A stretch of 64,000 nt of DNA from Burkholderiales bacterium. GTDB taxonomy: Bacteria; Pseudomonadota; Gammaproteobacteria; Burkholderiales; Burkholderiaceae_C. This document shows, one piece after another, positions 26,798-38,600 of this stretch. The stretch lies in contig JAFKGD010000015.1 in the NCBI GenBank assembly GCA_017307855.1, positions 33,496 through 97,495 of the forward strand, read 5' to 3'. A program made the position numbers and the translations under genes. Numbering within the stretch: position 1 is the first letter of the stretch; each line of letters starts with the position of its first letter. Below the pieces are notes generated by a model, which did no database searches, had not been told where the DNA came from, and saw nothing but the letters and a program-made list of their open reading frames with translations.

Positions 26798-27694
26798 TCA
26801 GTGCGCCCTGCGTAACGCCTCCACCAGCGTCTTCGCCGCCGGCGACAGTGCCACCCCCGCGCGCGTCGCCAGCCGGTGCGTGCGCCGCGCCCACGGATCG
26901 GTGAGCGGCACGGCCTCGATCGGCAGGTGCGCCAGTTGCGGCGCCACGGCCTCCAGCGGCAGCACGCCCACGCCGATGCCGCCGGCCACCATGCGGCACA
27001 CGGCATCGAAGCTGCGCATGCGCATGCGGATGTGCACCGGCCGGCCCAGTTCGGCGGCGCTGGTCAGCAGGCGGTTCGACAGGGCCGTGCCGTCGGTGAG
27101 GGTGATGAAGTGCTGGTCCAGTGCCTCGCGCAATGCGATGGCTCCACGCCCGGCCAGCGCATGACCCTGCTGTACCAGCAGCACCAGCGTATCGGTGCAG
27201 AAGTCCACCAGCTCCAGGCCCTGCGGCGCATGGGGCAGATCGACGATGCCGAGATCGGCACGGCCTTCGAGCAGCGGCAGCGGCACTTCGGGGCTGCTGC
27301 GTTCTTCCAGGTCGATGTGGATCAGCGGATGCTCTCGCATGAAACCTTCCAGGCGCGGCGCCAGCACCTCCAGGATGGCCGATGCATTCGCCAGCACGCG
27401 CACGTGGCCCTGCAGGCCCTGGCTGTAGTCGTGCAGGTCCACGGCCAGGCGGTCGGCGTCGTCGAGCAGCGCGCGGCTGCGCTGCACCAGCATGTGGCCG
27501 GCCGGCGTGAGCCGCACGCCACGCGAGGTGCGCTCGAACACGCGGAAGCCCAGCGTGTCTTCCAGCGCCGTGATGCGGGTGCTGGCGGCGGCCACGGCCA
27601 GGCGCAGGCGGTCGCTGGCGGCGCTGATCGAGCCGAGGTCGGCGGCCAGCACGACCACGCGCAGCGTGGCCAGGTCGAGAGGCGATGAAGGCAT
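26798..27694 (-). CDS. LysR-family transcriptional regulator
   Basis: Start re-set to MPSSPLDLATLRVVVLAADLGSISAASDRLRLAVAAASTRITALE (298 aa). Confidence 0.85.
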   Translation of the reverse strand: MPSSPLDLATLRVVVLAADLGSISAASDRLRLAVAAASTRITALEDTLGFRVFERTSRGVRLTPAGHMLVQRSRALLDDADRLAVDLHDYSQGLQGHVRVLANASAILEVLAPRLEGFMREHPLIHIDLEERSSPEVPLPLLEGRADLGIVDLPHAPQGLELVDFCTDTLVLLVQQGHALAGRGAIALREALDQHFITLTDGTALSNRLLTSAAELGRPVHIRMRMRSFDAVCRMVAGGIGVGVLPLEAVAPQLAHLPIEAVPLTDPWARRTHRLATRAGVALSPAAKTLVEALRRAH

Positions 27695-27737
27695 GGCCGC
27701 ATTGTGTCTGCCCCGCACGCCGGGCAGGCAAGCAGCG

Positions 27738-29957
27738 TCACGCCGGGCCGGGTGCGGCGTTAGCGGCAGGCGCGGGGGGTGGCACCAGGCCGGCGGCCAG
27801 CCGGTGCAGCTGCGGCAGCTGGCGCGCCAGCAGTGCAAGCTGGGTCTGCGCCAGCCGCTGCGAGGCAGGCAGGCCCGGCGCCTCGTCGTCGGCCGTCGGT
27901 AGGGCCGTGGCGGGCACGGCGGCGGGCAATGCCTGCGGCGGCAGCCCGCTGGCCAGCGGCGTGGCGATGCGGTCCAGGCCGTCCTCGATGCGCGCGGCCT
28001 CGGCCAGCAGAGCATCGAGCGCAGGGCCGGGCGGCAGTTGCTCGCGGTGCGCGCCCAGGCCCGAGAGGTAGGACAGCAGCGTATGCGACACCACCAGCAG
28101 CCGAACGCTGGTGTCGCCCTGGCGCTGGATGAAGCCGGGCTCGCGCAGCATGCCGGCCACCGCCGTGGACAGCGCGGCGTCGGCGTTGTGCGCGTTGCGC
28201 CGCGCCAGGCGGAAGGGCAGGTCGTCGCGCGGGCCGTCGCGGTATTGCCGCATCAGCTCGCGCAGGTAGTCCCGGTGGGCGGCCACGGCACGCGCGGCCA
28301 CCTGGTGCATGCGGCGGCCCTGCCAGTCGGGCAGCACGGCGAACACGGCCAGGCCCGCGATCAGGCTGCCGATCAGGGTGTCGACCATGCGCGGCACGAT
28401 CAGCTCGGCTCCGTGCCCCACCTGGTTGGCGGCCAGCAGCACCAGCAGCGTGATGGCGCCGGTGGCGAAGGTGTAGCGCGTGGTTCGCAGCGCGAAGAAC
28501 GCCACGCCCGCCACCACGGCGAAGCCGGCCTGCACCAGCACCTCGGGAAACAGCCGGAAGATCGCCCAGCCCACCAGAAGCCCGCCGAACGTGCCCACCA
28601 CACGCTGCACCACGCGCCGCCGTGTGGCGCCGAAGCCCGGCTGGCAGACGAACAGCGTGGTCAGCAGGATCCAGTAGCCCTGCTGCGTGGGAAAGAGGCG
28701 CATCAGCCCGTAACCCGCCAGCAGCGCGATCGCCAGCCGCACCGCGTGACGGAACAGCGGCGCGCCGGGGTTGAGCTGCAGCCGCACGCGGGCCAGTGCC
28801 TCGCGCCAGGTGCGGGCCGAGCGGTCGAGCAGGGCCTGGTCGGCGGCGGCCGCGTCGGCCGGCGAATCGGCGGCGGGCTGGCTGGCCACCGAGATGCGCG
28901 AGGCCAGGCGCGAGAGGTTGCGCGCCAGCGCCTGCAGCGTCTGCAGCAGGCCTTCGTGCGCCGTGTCGCTGCGGCCGTCGCGGCCCAGGTGGGCCAGCGC
29001 GGCCTGCAGGTCGTCCTGCGCCTGGCGGCTGGCCTCGCCCTGCACGAAAGGCTGGCGCAGCCGGATCGCCTGCGCCAGCTGCTCGCAGTCGTCGCCCGCC
29101 AGCCGCAGCACGCGCTGCGCGCGGAACAGCACGTCGCTGTGGAAGAAACTGGCGATCAGTTCGTCGTAGGGGTAGTGCGACGAGCTGGCGCGTTCATGGA
29201 TGTCCTGCGCCAGGAAATAGAGGCGCAGGTAGCGGTTGGTGCGCGCGTTGCGCGTGCCGCGGATGCGGCTGAACAGCCCTTCCTTCACGCCGTTGAGGGC
29301 GGCCACCACGTCGCCGTTGAGCTGCGCCAGCGCCAGTCGCCGGCGCTCCACATCGGTGCCGCGCACGGGTTCGAGCAGCGAAGCCTTCACGCGCAGGTAG
29401 CCGGCCAGCAGCACATACAGCCTCGCGAGCGCCTGCTGCACCGGCTGGTGCACGAAGAGCGCGGCCCAGATCACCGACAGCACGCCGTACCACGCGGCGC
29501 CAGCCACCAGCAGCACGGGCTCGATCCAGGCCGGGTCGTCGCCGCGCAGCGCGTGCTGCTCCATCGAAATGGCGGTGTAGATGGAGGCAATCAGCGTCGC
29601 GTAGCCCAGCGCCTGGTAGCGCGGGCCAATGGCGCCCAGCATGCTCAGGCAGAACGTGGCCACCGCCATGCCGGCAGCGAACAGCCACGGATGCGGCGCC
29701 AGCGCCTGCACCGAGAACGCCGCCGCCGCGAAGCACGCCAGCGTGGCGCCCACCGCACGCAACCGGCCGCGCCAGCTGTCGTCGGTTTCGGCGATGGCGC
29801 CGGCGATCGCGCCAAGAAAGAGGGGCATCAGCCAGCCCATCTGGCCCGCCGCATGGCAGGCCGCCATGATGGCCGACAGCGCGATGAACACGCGCAGGCT
29901 GTAGGGCAGGGAAGGCAGCGCCCAGAGGCGGCCGAGCAGGCGGGAAGACGACGACAT
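27738..29957 (-). CDS. YccS/YhfK (FUSC-like) family integral membrane protein
   Basis: Start MSSSSRLLGRLWALPSLPYSLRVFIALSAIMA. Two blocks of TM helices are separated by a long soluble region, about 739 aa in all. This is the lower part of the artefactual 1497-aa track ORF. Confidence 0.8.
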   Translation of the reverse strand: MSSSSRLLGRLWALPSLPYSLRVFIALSAIMAACHAAGQMGWLMPLFLGAIAGAIAETDDSWRGRLRAVGATLACFAAAAFSVQALAPHPWLFAAGMAVATFCLSMLGAIGPRYQALGYATLIASIYTAISMEQHALRGDDPAWIEPVLLVAGAAWYGVLSVIWAALFVHQPVQQALARLYVLLAGYLRVKASLLEPVRGTDVERRRLALAQLNGDVVAALNGVKEGLFSRIRGTRNARTNRYLRLYFLAQDIHERASSSHYPYDELIASFFHSDVLFRAQRVLRLAGDDCEQLAQAIRLRQPFVQGEASRQAQDDLQAALAHLGRDGRSDTAHEGLLQTLQALARNLSRLASRISVASQPAADSPADAAAADQALLDRSARTWREALARVRLQLNPGAPLFRHAVRLAIALLAGYGLMRLFPTQQGYWILLTTLFVCQPGFGATRRRVVQRVVGTFGGLLVGWAIFRLFPEVLVQAGFAVVAGVAFFALRTTRYTFATGAITLLVLLAANQVGHGAELIVPRMVDTLIGSLIAGLAVFAVLPDWQGRRMHQVAARAVAAHRDYLRELMRQYRDGPRDDLPFRLARRNAHNADAALSTAVAGMLREPGFIQRQGDTSVRLLVVSHTLLSYLSGLGAHREQLPPGPALDALLAEAARIEDGLDRIATPLASGLPPQALPAAVPATALPTADDEAPGLPASQRLAQTQLALLARQLPQLHRLAAGLVPPPAPAANAAPGPA

Positions 29958-30004
29958 GGTGCGCACGGGAGTGTACGCAGGCATCGTGCCAGCGCGCGCG
30001 GGCG

Positions 30005-32266
30005 TCAGCGCGGCCGCGCACCCACCTGAACACCCGCGCCGCGCACTTCGATACGAATCTCGTCGAGCACCTTGCCGCGCGCATCGACCAGCTGCACGAC
30101 GTGCCGGCCCGGCCACGGGAGCCATTGCGCGCTCGCGCCGCGCGCGAACTCGCGGCCGTCCATGCGCCAGGCCAGGCCCTCGCCTTCGGCCGCGAACCGC
30201 ACGCGCTGGCGCGTGGGCGGGATGTCGGGGTCGAGCGCGACGATGGTGCCGCTGGCGGGCGCCGTGATGCGTGGCGTGGCGCGGCCGCGTTCGGCCAGTG
30301 CGCCGCCGAAGCTGCCGGCCGTGAACAGCGGCTGCGCCGTGCCGGGCAGAAACCATTCCTGCCGCGCGGCCTCGATGGGCATCGCGTCGGCGCCGGGCCC
30401 GAAGCGCACCGCCGTCGGCTTCATGCCCGCCGGTGGGGCCGGCGCGCGGCTGGGCTCGTGTGCATGCAGGAACCCCATCAGCGCGGCCCACACGGGCGCG
30501 GCGCCGCTGGATCCGCTCACCGCATGCATGGGTGCGCCACTGGCATTGCCCACCCACACGCCGACCGTGTAGCGCTGCGACCACCCCACGGCCCAGTTGT
30601 CGCGCATGTCCTTGCTGGTGCCGGTCTTCACGGCCGTCCAGAAACGCGTGGCCAGAACGCTGCCGGTGCCGAAGGTGCGCGCACGGGCGTTGGTGTCCGA
30701 GAGGATGTCGCCGATCACGAACGCGGCCTGAGCGTCGAAGACCTGCGCGCCGCGTGCGGCGGGAGCGTTGGGCGTGCGCCCGGTGGTGCGCGGCAGCAGC
30801 GTGGTTTCGCCCGCGCGTCCGCCATTGGCCAGCGTTCGATACGCGTTGGTGAGCGAGAGCAGCGTGACCTCGGCGCTGCCCAGCGCGAGCGAGAAGCCGT
30901 AGTAGTCGCCGGTCTCGCGCAATGGCAGCCCGGTGGCCTTGAGCTGGCGGTGGAAGGCGTCGGGCGAGACCATGCCCAGCGTTCGCACGGCCGGCACGTT
31001 GAGCGAAGCGCCCAGGGCTGTGCGCACCGACACCCAGCCCTTGAACTGCCGGTCGTAGTTCTGCGGAATGTAGAGGCCGCCGGACGTGGGAATGTGCGTG
31101 GGCGAATCCTCCAGCAGCGAAGCGGCGGTGAGCCGCCGCTCGGCCAGCGCCTGCGCGTAGAGGAAGGGCTTGAGCGTGGAGCCGGCCTGGCGCAGCGCGG
31201 TGACGCCATCCACCTCGGCCGCGCGGCTGAGCGCGCCGGAGGAGCCCACCCACGCCAGCACTTCGCCGCTGGCGTTGTCCAGCACGACGATGGCGCCGTC
31301 TTCCACCTGGCGGCCCGCGAGTTCGCGCAGGTGCTGGTCCAGCGTCTGCACCGCGAAGCGCTGCAACGGCGCGCGCAACGTGGTGCGCACGCTGGCGGGC
31401 AGGGCGCCGGCCTGCGAGGCGCGCACCACCTGCCGCGCCACGTGCGGCGCGATGCCGTCGCTGGCCGCGAAGGCGCGGCGCGACAGCGCGGCCTGCGCGT
31501 ACATGTCCAGGCCCAGGCAGTCCACCGTCTCGCCGGGCTGCAGCGCGCGCAGCACGCCGCAGGCCCGCTGAGCCACCTGGGCCGGCTTCGCGTTGGGCGC
31601 ACGCACCAGGGCCGAGGCGACAGCCGCTTCGCGGTCGTCCAGGCCGTGCGGTGCCTTGCCGAACAGCGTGCGCGAGAGCGCGTCGATGCCCACCAGCTCG
31701 CCCCGGAAGGGCACGAGGTTGAGGTAGGCCTCCAGGATCTGGTCCTTGCGCCATCGCGCATCGAGCCGTGTGGCCGCCACGGCCTGGCCGACCTTCTGGC
31801 CCATCGAACGTCCGCCCGGTCCGTGGCGCCAGTCGTCGTCCAACAGTCCGGCCAGCTGCATGGTGAGCGTGGAAGCGCCGCGCGTGCGCGTGTTCCACAG
31901 ATTGGCCCAGGCCGCGGCCGAGACGGCGCGCCAGTCCACGCCCGAGTGCTCGTAGAAGCGCCGGTCTTCCGACAGCACGATGGCCGTGCGCAAGGCGGGC
32001 GAGATGTCGGCCAGCGACACCCAGTCGCCGCGCCGCACGGTCGCGTCGGTGCGCAGCCGGTGCAGCGGCGCGCCGTCGCGGTCGAGCACCAGGGTCTCCG
32101 ACGCACGGTGGCTCGCGCGCACCTCGTCGAAGCCTGGCAGCCCCTGCGCCTGCGCGCCCTGCAGCAGCACGCCCAAGAGCAGCGCGCCGGCGGCGATGCG
32201 CGTGGTCAGGCGTGCGGCAAGGCGCGGCCACGCGGTCATCGGAGCAGCGCTGGCCTGCATCGGCAA
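30005..32266 (-). CDS. pbpC: Penicillin-binding protein 1C (transglycosylase/transpeptidase)
   Basis: 753-aa ORF. GT51 motifs EDRRFYEHSGVD and GASTLTMQL. TP motifs STLK, SLN and KTGTS. Start is uncertain (TTG 32266, ATG 32260 or ATG 32239). Confidence 0.9.
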   Translation of the reverse strand: MPMQASAAPMTAWPRLAARLTTRIAAGALLLGVLLQGAQAQGLPGFDEVRASHRASETLVLDRDGAPLHRLRTDATVRRGDWVSLADISPALRTAIVLSEDRRFYEHSGVDWRAVSAAAWANLWNTRTRGASTLTMQLAGLLDDDWRHGPGGRSMGQKVGQAVAATRLDARWRKDQILEAYLNLVPFRGELVGIDALSRTLFGKAPHGLDDREAAVASALVRAPNAKPAQVAQRACGVLRALQPGETVDCLGLDMYAQAALSRRAFAASDGIAPHVARQVVRASQAGALPASVRTTLRAPLQRFAVQTLDQHLRELAGRQVEDGAIVVLDNASGEVLAWVGSSGALSRAAEVDGVTALRQAGSTLKPFLYAQALAERRLTAASLLEDSPTHIPTSGGLYIPQNYDRQFKGWVSVRTALGASLNVPAVRTLGMVSPDAFHRQLKATGLPLRETGDYYGFSLALGSAEVTLLSLTNAYRTLANGGRAGETTLLPRTTGRTPNAPAARGAQVFDAQAAFVIGDILSDTNARARTFGTGSVLATRFWTAVKTGTSKDMRDNWAVGWSQRYTVGVWVGNASGAPMHAVSGSSGAAPVWAALMGFLHAHEPSRAPAPPAGMKPTAVRFGPGADAMPIEAARQEWFLPGTAQPLFTAGSFGGALAERGRATPRITAPASGTIVALDPDIPPTRQRVRFAAEGEGLAWRMDGREFARGASAQWLPWPGRHVVQLVDARGKVLDEIRIEVRGAGVQVGARPR

Positions 32267-32286
32267 AGGGATGGGATCGGCCGCGC

Positions 32287-32598
32287 TCAGGCGCCGCCGG
32301 GCTGCGGCCCGTCGTAGCCCTCGATCACCACGATGTCGCCCACGGCGGCCGGCAGGCGCAGCGTGATCGCGTGCTGGTATTCGGGCGAATTCCAGCAGGC
32401 GAGGGCGGTGGCGTAGTCGGGGAATTCGATCACCACGTTGCGCGCGCGGGCCGTGCCCTCCACCGCTTCGAAGGCGCCGCCGCGCACGAGGAAGCGCGCG
32501 CCGTATTTGGCGAAGGCCACCGCATTGGCGGCCACGTATTGCTTGTATTGCTCGGGGTCGTGGACGTCGACACGGCCGATCCAGTAGGCCTTGGGCAT
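32287..32598 (-). CDS. DUF1330 domain protein
   Basis: MPKAYWIGRVDVHDPEQYKQYVAANAVAFAKYGARFLVRGG..., typical DUF1330. An alternative start lies at 32616. Confidence 0.8.
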   Translation of the reverse strand: MPKAYWIGRVDVHDPEQYKQYVAANAVAFAKYGARFLVRGGAFEAVEGTARARNVVIEFPDYATALACWNSPEYQHAITLRLPAAVGDIVVIEGYDGPQPGGA

Positions 32599-32641
32599 GG
32601 TTGGGGTTCTCTCCATTGAAAATTCGGTGACGGGGCCGCGC

Positions 32642-35600
32642 TCAGGGCGCCGGCTCCACCTTGATGCGCGCGTTCGGGATCTCGCCGTACACGTCGGGCG
32701 CGTACAGCGCTTCGGCGCGCGTCGGCGGCAGGGCGAAGTCGCCCACGTTGTTCAGGCGCACGGTGTATTCGATCTTTGCCTTGCCCTTGGGCAGGTATTC
32801 GTAATACGTGCGGAAGGCTTCGAAGCCGCGCTCCTCGAACGCCGGCCAGGCCACACCGCGATCGCGTTGTTCGCCGCGCGTGGCGATCTGCGAATCGCGG
32901 CCCAGGCCGCTGCCCAGCACCGTGGCGCCGCCGGGCACGGGGTCGCTCACCACCACCCAGCTCATGTCGGCCTGCGCATCCACTTCGAGCGTGATGCGCA
33001 GCACGTCGCCGCGCGTGTAGCGGCCGGCCGTGGCCTGCTCCACCGGGGTCACGGTACGCGTGATGCGATAGCCCGCCGCGACCGGGGACGTCAGCGGCAC
33101 GGCTGCCAGCGCCTGCAACGTGAGCCACGGCCGGCCGCTGCCCTGGTGCGTGACGACCAGCGGCTGCGCGGCGCCCGGCGCGGGCCAGGGCAGCGTCATG
33201 GCGTTGTTGCGCAGCATGCCCACGGCGGCGGGCGCGCCGATGGCCGTGCCCTGGTGCGGCGCGCCCTGGGTGGTGTTCGCGTCGGCGGGCTTCACGCGTT
33301 CGACCCGCGCCCAGTCCACCGCGGCGGTGCCGCTGCCCAGTTGCGCGCGCGTGGTGCCGGCCACGGGTTGCGATTCGAACTTGGCCGAGAACTGGCGCAG
33401 CGCCAGGTTGCCCCACAGGTTGGCCGTGGTGGTGTGCCAGGCGCCGTTCTGCTGGCGCGCGATGAAGCCGGCGGCCAGGCGGCCCATGTCGTCCTTCCAG
33501 GCCGGGTCGTCCATCACCGAGAGCAGCAGGCGCGCGGCGTTGACGTCGGGGCCCTGCATCAGCCACCACCAGGCGTCGTCGCGCTCGGTGCTGAACGACA
33601 TGCGCGTGCCCTGGTAGGTGAGCCGCGCGCGCAGGATCTGCGTGGCCTCGGCCAGCCGCTCGGCGCGGCGCGGCGCATCCGGCATGCGCTGCAGGATGTC
33701 GTGCCAGTCGATCACGGCGTGCGTGGGCCACTGGTTGGGCGCGAGGGTGACGCTCTGCAGCAGGCGCGGCGTGGCGGCACCGGTGCGCGCGAGGGCCGCG
33801 ATGGCGGCGATCTTGCGCACGTCGAGGTCGGCGCGCGGGCTCCAGAAGTCGCGCTTCACGCGGCCTTCGACGAAGGCGATCAGGCCGCGTTCGAGCTCGC
33901 TGCGTACGGCATCTGGCAGTGCAAAGGCCGGATCCAGCGCGGCAGCCTCGTGCGTGGCCGAGAGCAGGTAGGCGGCCAGCGTGTCGCTGCCGCGTGCGCC
34001 TTCGCCTTCGCGCGGCGGGAAGTAGCTGGGCAGGCCATCGCTGTCGAGATAGCCCGGCATCAGGCCGGCCACGCGACGCCACAGCGTGGCGTCGCCCAGG
34101 CCGATGGCGCGGCTGGTCTGCTGCTCCAGGCAGGTGTAGGGGTAGCGCGCGAACCAGTCGCGCACACCGGGCAGGCCTTCGGCGAGGCGTGGCTGCAGCG
34201 ACAGGCGCAGCCCGCCGCGCGCGACGCCGTTGTCGGCCAGCGCGCCGGCCGGCGACGCCACGTCGATCGAGAAACTGCCATCCACCTGCGCCAGCGTGGC
34301 TTGTCGGACGGTGAGCGGCACGGCGGGCACGATGCGTTGCGTGGCCTTGAGCGCGTCGCGCGCGCCCGCGCTGCCGCTGGTCTCGCGCGCCTCGATCTCC
34401 CACAGCAGCGATTCGGCGCGGGTGAAGGCCAGCTGCGCGGGCGCCTTCACGTCCCACGTCACTTCACGGGCTTCGCCGGCGGGAATGTCGACCGTGCGCG
34501 CCGGCAACTGCAGCAGCGTGGCGCGCGGCGCCACCTCGACCTTCATCGCGCGCGACGTGGTGTTGCGCAGCGTGAACTGCGCCCGGAAGGCATCGTCCTC
34601 GCGCACCAGGGGCGGCAGGCCGCTGATGATCTGCAGGTCCTGCGTGGCGCGGATGCGCGCCTCGCCGGTGCCGAACAGGTCCGCGCCCGCATCGGCCACG
34701 GCGACGATGCGGAAGGTGGTGAGCGCGTCGTTGAGCGGCACCGTCACCTTCGCCTGGCCCTGGGCGTCGAGCACCACGCGGGGATTCCACAGCAGCAGCG
34801 TGTCGAGCAGTTCGCGCGTCGGGCTGCGCCCGCCGCCGCCACCCGGCGCCACGGCTTTGCGGCCGTAGTGGCGCCGGCCGATGATTTCCATCTGCGCGGT
34901 GGACGTTTCCACCCCCCACGAGCGGCGTTGCAGCATGGCGTCCAGCAGGTTCCAGCTGTCGTTGGGCATCAGCTCCAGCAAGGCCTGGTCGACCGCGGCC
35001 AGCGCCACTTCGGCGCCGCCGGCCGGCGTGCCGTCGGGCTTCTTCACGCTGATGGTCACCTGCGCCTGGCCGCGCACGGTGTAGCTCTCGCGGTCGGCCT
35101 TCACCGCGACGTCCAGCTTGTGCGCGCGCGTGCCCACGCGGATCTCGGCCACGCCGAGGCGGAAGGCGGGCTTGGAGAGATCGACCAGGGCCGTGGGCGC
35201 GACGTATTCGCGGCCCTCCACCCAGAAGGCCGTCCACCATTCGCGCGGCGCCTTGTAGCCCCAGGTGAAGAAGCTGTACCAGGGCACGTCGCGCAGACGG
35301 CCGCGCAGGGCCAGCACGCTCACGAAGGTGTTCGGGCCCCAGTTCTCGCCGACTTTCAGGCTCACGGTCGGGTCTTGCCCGTTGAGCTGCATCACGTGCG
35401 TCTCGACGATGCCCTCGCGTTCCACCGCCACCAGCGCGGTGGCGAAGCGGAACGGCATGCGCACCTGGAAGCGCGCGGTCTCGCCGGGCTCGTAGCTCTT
35501 CTTCTCGGGCAGCACGTCGATGCGGTCGTTGTTCTGGCCGCCGAACCACAGCTCGCCCTGGCGCGTGACCCAGACCGAGCTGGCGGCCTCGCTGGCGCGG

Positions 35601-38600
35601 CCGGCGCCGTCTTTCGCCGTGGCCACCAGCTCGACCTCGCCGGCCTGGGCCAGCGAGGTCTCGCACAGCAGCAGTCCGCGCGAGTCGCTCTTGCCGCTGC
35701 AGACCTCGCCGAGGTCTTTCAGTTCGGTCTTGTTGTCGTAGCTGTAGAAGCCGCCCACCATGCGTTTGCGGCTGGTGGTGGTGATGCGCGCCACGGCCTT
35801 CACGGCCAGCGACACGCCCTCGCGCGGCTTGCCCGCGTGGTCGAGCGCGAGGGCCTGGAACTTGAGCTTGCGGCCCGACGACACCCAACTCTCGGCGCGG
35901 ATGCCGGCCACCACGCCGGCCGGCCACACGGTGGAGACGCTGCGCAGCGTCTGAAGTTCGCCGTTGGGGTCGGCGTAGGTGGCTTCGAGCACCAGCTCGC
36001 GCGGTGCGCGCGCGGCGGGCAGCGGTTCGATGGTGACCTGCCCGGTGCCGTTGCGGTCGAGCGTGAGCGGCAGCTTGTCGGCCACCACGCGCTCATCCTG
36101 CGGCGCGGCTTCTTCTTCCTCGCCCTCGGTGCCGGCGGCAGGGGTGGCGTTGCGCGGGGGCGCGAAGCTGAAGCTGTCGAAGTCGCGGAAGTCGGGCCGG
36201 CGCTCGCGCACCAGCGCCGATACGCGCACCGGCAGGTTCGTCGCGGCGCCGCCGGCCACGTAGCTCACCTGCACCTGGGCCGGCACGCGCGTCGGGGCGA
36301 TCAGCGCCTCCTTGCCTGCCGGTGCCACGCGGCCCTGCAGCACGGGCAGGCGGAACTCCTCGACGCGGAACTCGCCGCTGTCCTGCGTGTCGTTGCCCAG
36401 CTGCATCGTCACGCGGTAGACGCCCAGCCGCGCGGCGGGCGGGATGGCGAATTCGCTCTCGGCCGAGAGGCCCCCGCTGCCGGTGGTACGCCACGTCAGC
36501 GGCTGGCGGTACAGCTGGCCGCTGCCGGTGTGGCGAATCTCCACCTGCGTGGGGCGTTCCCGCGGCAGCGCGAAGCCGGTGCGCGTCTCGGTGCGGATGA
36601 AGTGCTTCATCGACACGGTCTCGCCAGCGCGCAGTAGCGTGCGGTCGAACACGGTGTGCATGCGCACGTCGGGTTGTGGCGCGCTGTTGGTGGGCAGGTC
36701 GAACCGCCAGGGCTCGATGCCGCGGTGCCAGTCGCTCCAGGTGAAGGCGATGTCCTGCACGGCGCTGCCGTCGGGCGCACGGCCCGGCGCGCGCGCGCTC
36801 ACGAAGTAGGCGTCGCGGTACTCGCCTTCTTCCTTGCACGTGGGTGGCTGTGACGACAGGCCGGCCAGCTCGACCAGGCCGCGCGCATCGGTGGTGCCGC
36901 GTGCCAGCTCGCGCCCGTCGCACGAGGACACGCGCACCTGCGCACCGGCCACGGGCTTGCCGGCATCCAGCGTGGTCACCCAGGCCATGGCGTTCTCGCG
37001 GCCCAGCTTGAAGTGCACGCCCAGGTTGGTGACCAGGGCCGAGCTGCGCACGTACATCGTGCGTGCCGCGCCGTGCTGCGCGTCGAGCAGGGCCGCGCCC
37101 AGCCTGGGCGAGGCGATCTCGACGACGTGGAAGCCGGGTGACAGCGGAATACCCACCACCTCGAACGGGCGCGGATCGCCGCCCTGGCCGCGCGGCAACT
37201 CCAGTGTGCGCACGCCGCTCTTGCCGGCCAGCAGCGAGAGCATGCGCGACTGCACCCACTCGCGCTCTTCCTTGGTGAGCGGTGCCGGCAGCGGACCCTG
37301 CACGTCACGCGCGGCCTGCTTGCGCGAAACCTCGAAGTCGTCGTAGCGCTGCAGGCGGCGCTGCCACGCGATGATGTCGGCGTCGTCCTTGAGTTGCAGC
37401 ACCGATACCTTGCCCGGCTCGGCCGGCGTGCCTTCCACCTTGCGCAGCGTGACGGGCAGCACCATGGCGCCGTCGGGCTCGGCCAGCCGCTCGACGATGC
37501 CGAAGGGCGCGGCCGCGAACTTGGCCAGCGGCGGCATCACGCCGGTGGCCACGGGCAGCGGGAAGTTGCCCGCGTTGCGCGCCGCGCGGCCGGCGGCGTC
37601 CTTGAAGCCCGAGGGCAGCTCGACCGTGTAGCGCGCGCTCTCGGCAAAAGGCGCCTCGAACCGCACGCCGTTGACCAGTGCGTCGTCCTCGCCCTCGTTG
37701 TCGAACTTCGGCTTCACGCTGCCCTGCGGGCCCTTGAGCACGATGGCGGCGGCCAGGCGGCGCTCGACGGGTGCGTTGAACGACAGGCGCAGCGGCCGGA
37801 TCGGCAGGCATGCGGCCTCGGCGTTCTCGCGCTCGCAGCTGAATTCAAGTGCGAAGGGCTCGCGCACGGTGAAGTCGAAGCGCCTCTCGACGGCATTGAC
37901 CACCCCGGACGGCGTGGCCACGCCGCGCCCGTAGACCACCTGCACCTTGGCCGACGGCGTGAGGCGGCGGTTGCACGCGAAGGTGGCGATACGCAGCGGA
38001 TCGGTGGCGGCGGCCTTGTCGAGGTTGAGCGACTTGAGCAGATCGGAGCGCTGGGCGCCGTCGATCATCCGCACCGGAATGCGCTCGCCCAGACCTTCCA
38101 TCTCGCACCACACGTTGGCGGCCACGCTGGCCGTGGTGGCCGGGCCGGTGAGTTGCATCACGAAGAACTGCTCCTCGTCCAGCGGCTGCCAACTGCCGGG
38201 GCGCAACTGCCGCACGGCCGGCCCGCCGGTCTGGAAGCGCCACTGGCCGCTGGCCAGCGCGCCGCCCTGGGGCGCGGCAAAGCCGCTGCGCGTAGCCACG
38301 GTGCAGCGCACACCGGGCGGCAGATCGGCCGTGAAGTCCCAGACCCAGCGCCGGTCGTCCAGCCAGCGGCCGCTGCCGCGCGAGGCCTGCGCATCGCTGC
38401 AGCTGACCGTGGCCGGGGCCGCGGCGGCCGGGTCGCCGAAGGCGACTGCGGCAGAATCGAACCTCACCGTCACCTGCCGCACCTGGGCGACTTCGCCCTG
38501 TGGCGTGACGCCCGTCACCTGCAGGGCCCAGGCGGGCCATCCCGCCGCCAGCGCGGTGCCGACGATGGCGCGCGCGATCCATCCTGTTGTTGTATTTCTT

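Noticed and set aside
27738-32231. Single 1497-aa ORF spanning the yccS-like and pbpC regions
   Set aside because: Only the lower part (from MSSSSRLL at 29957) is a coherent membrane protein. The upper part is Arg/Ala-rich and out of frame with the well-supported pbpC ORF (30005-32266).
32591-36637. 1348-aa plus-strand ORF
   Set aside because: It is antisense to the alpha-2-macroglobulin gene, which carries clear family motifs including CLEQ. The shadow translation is low-complexity Arg/Ala/Gly.
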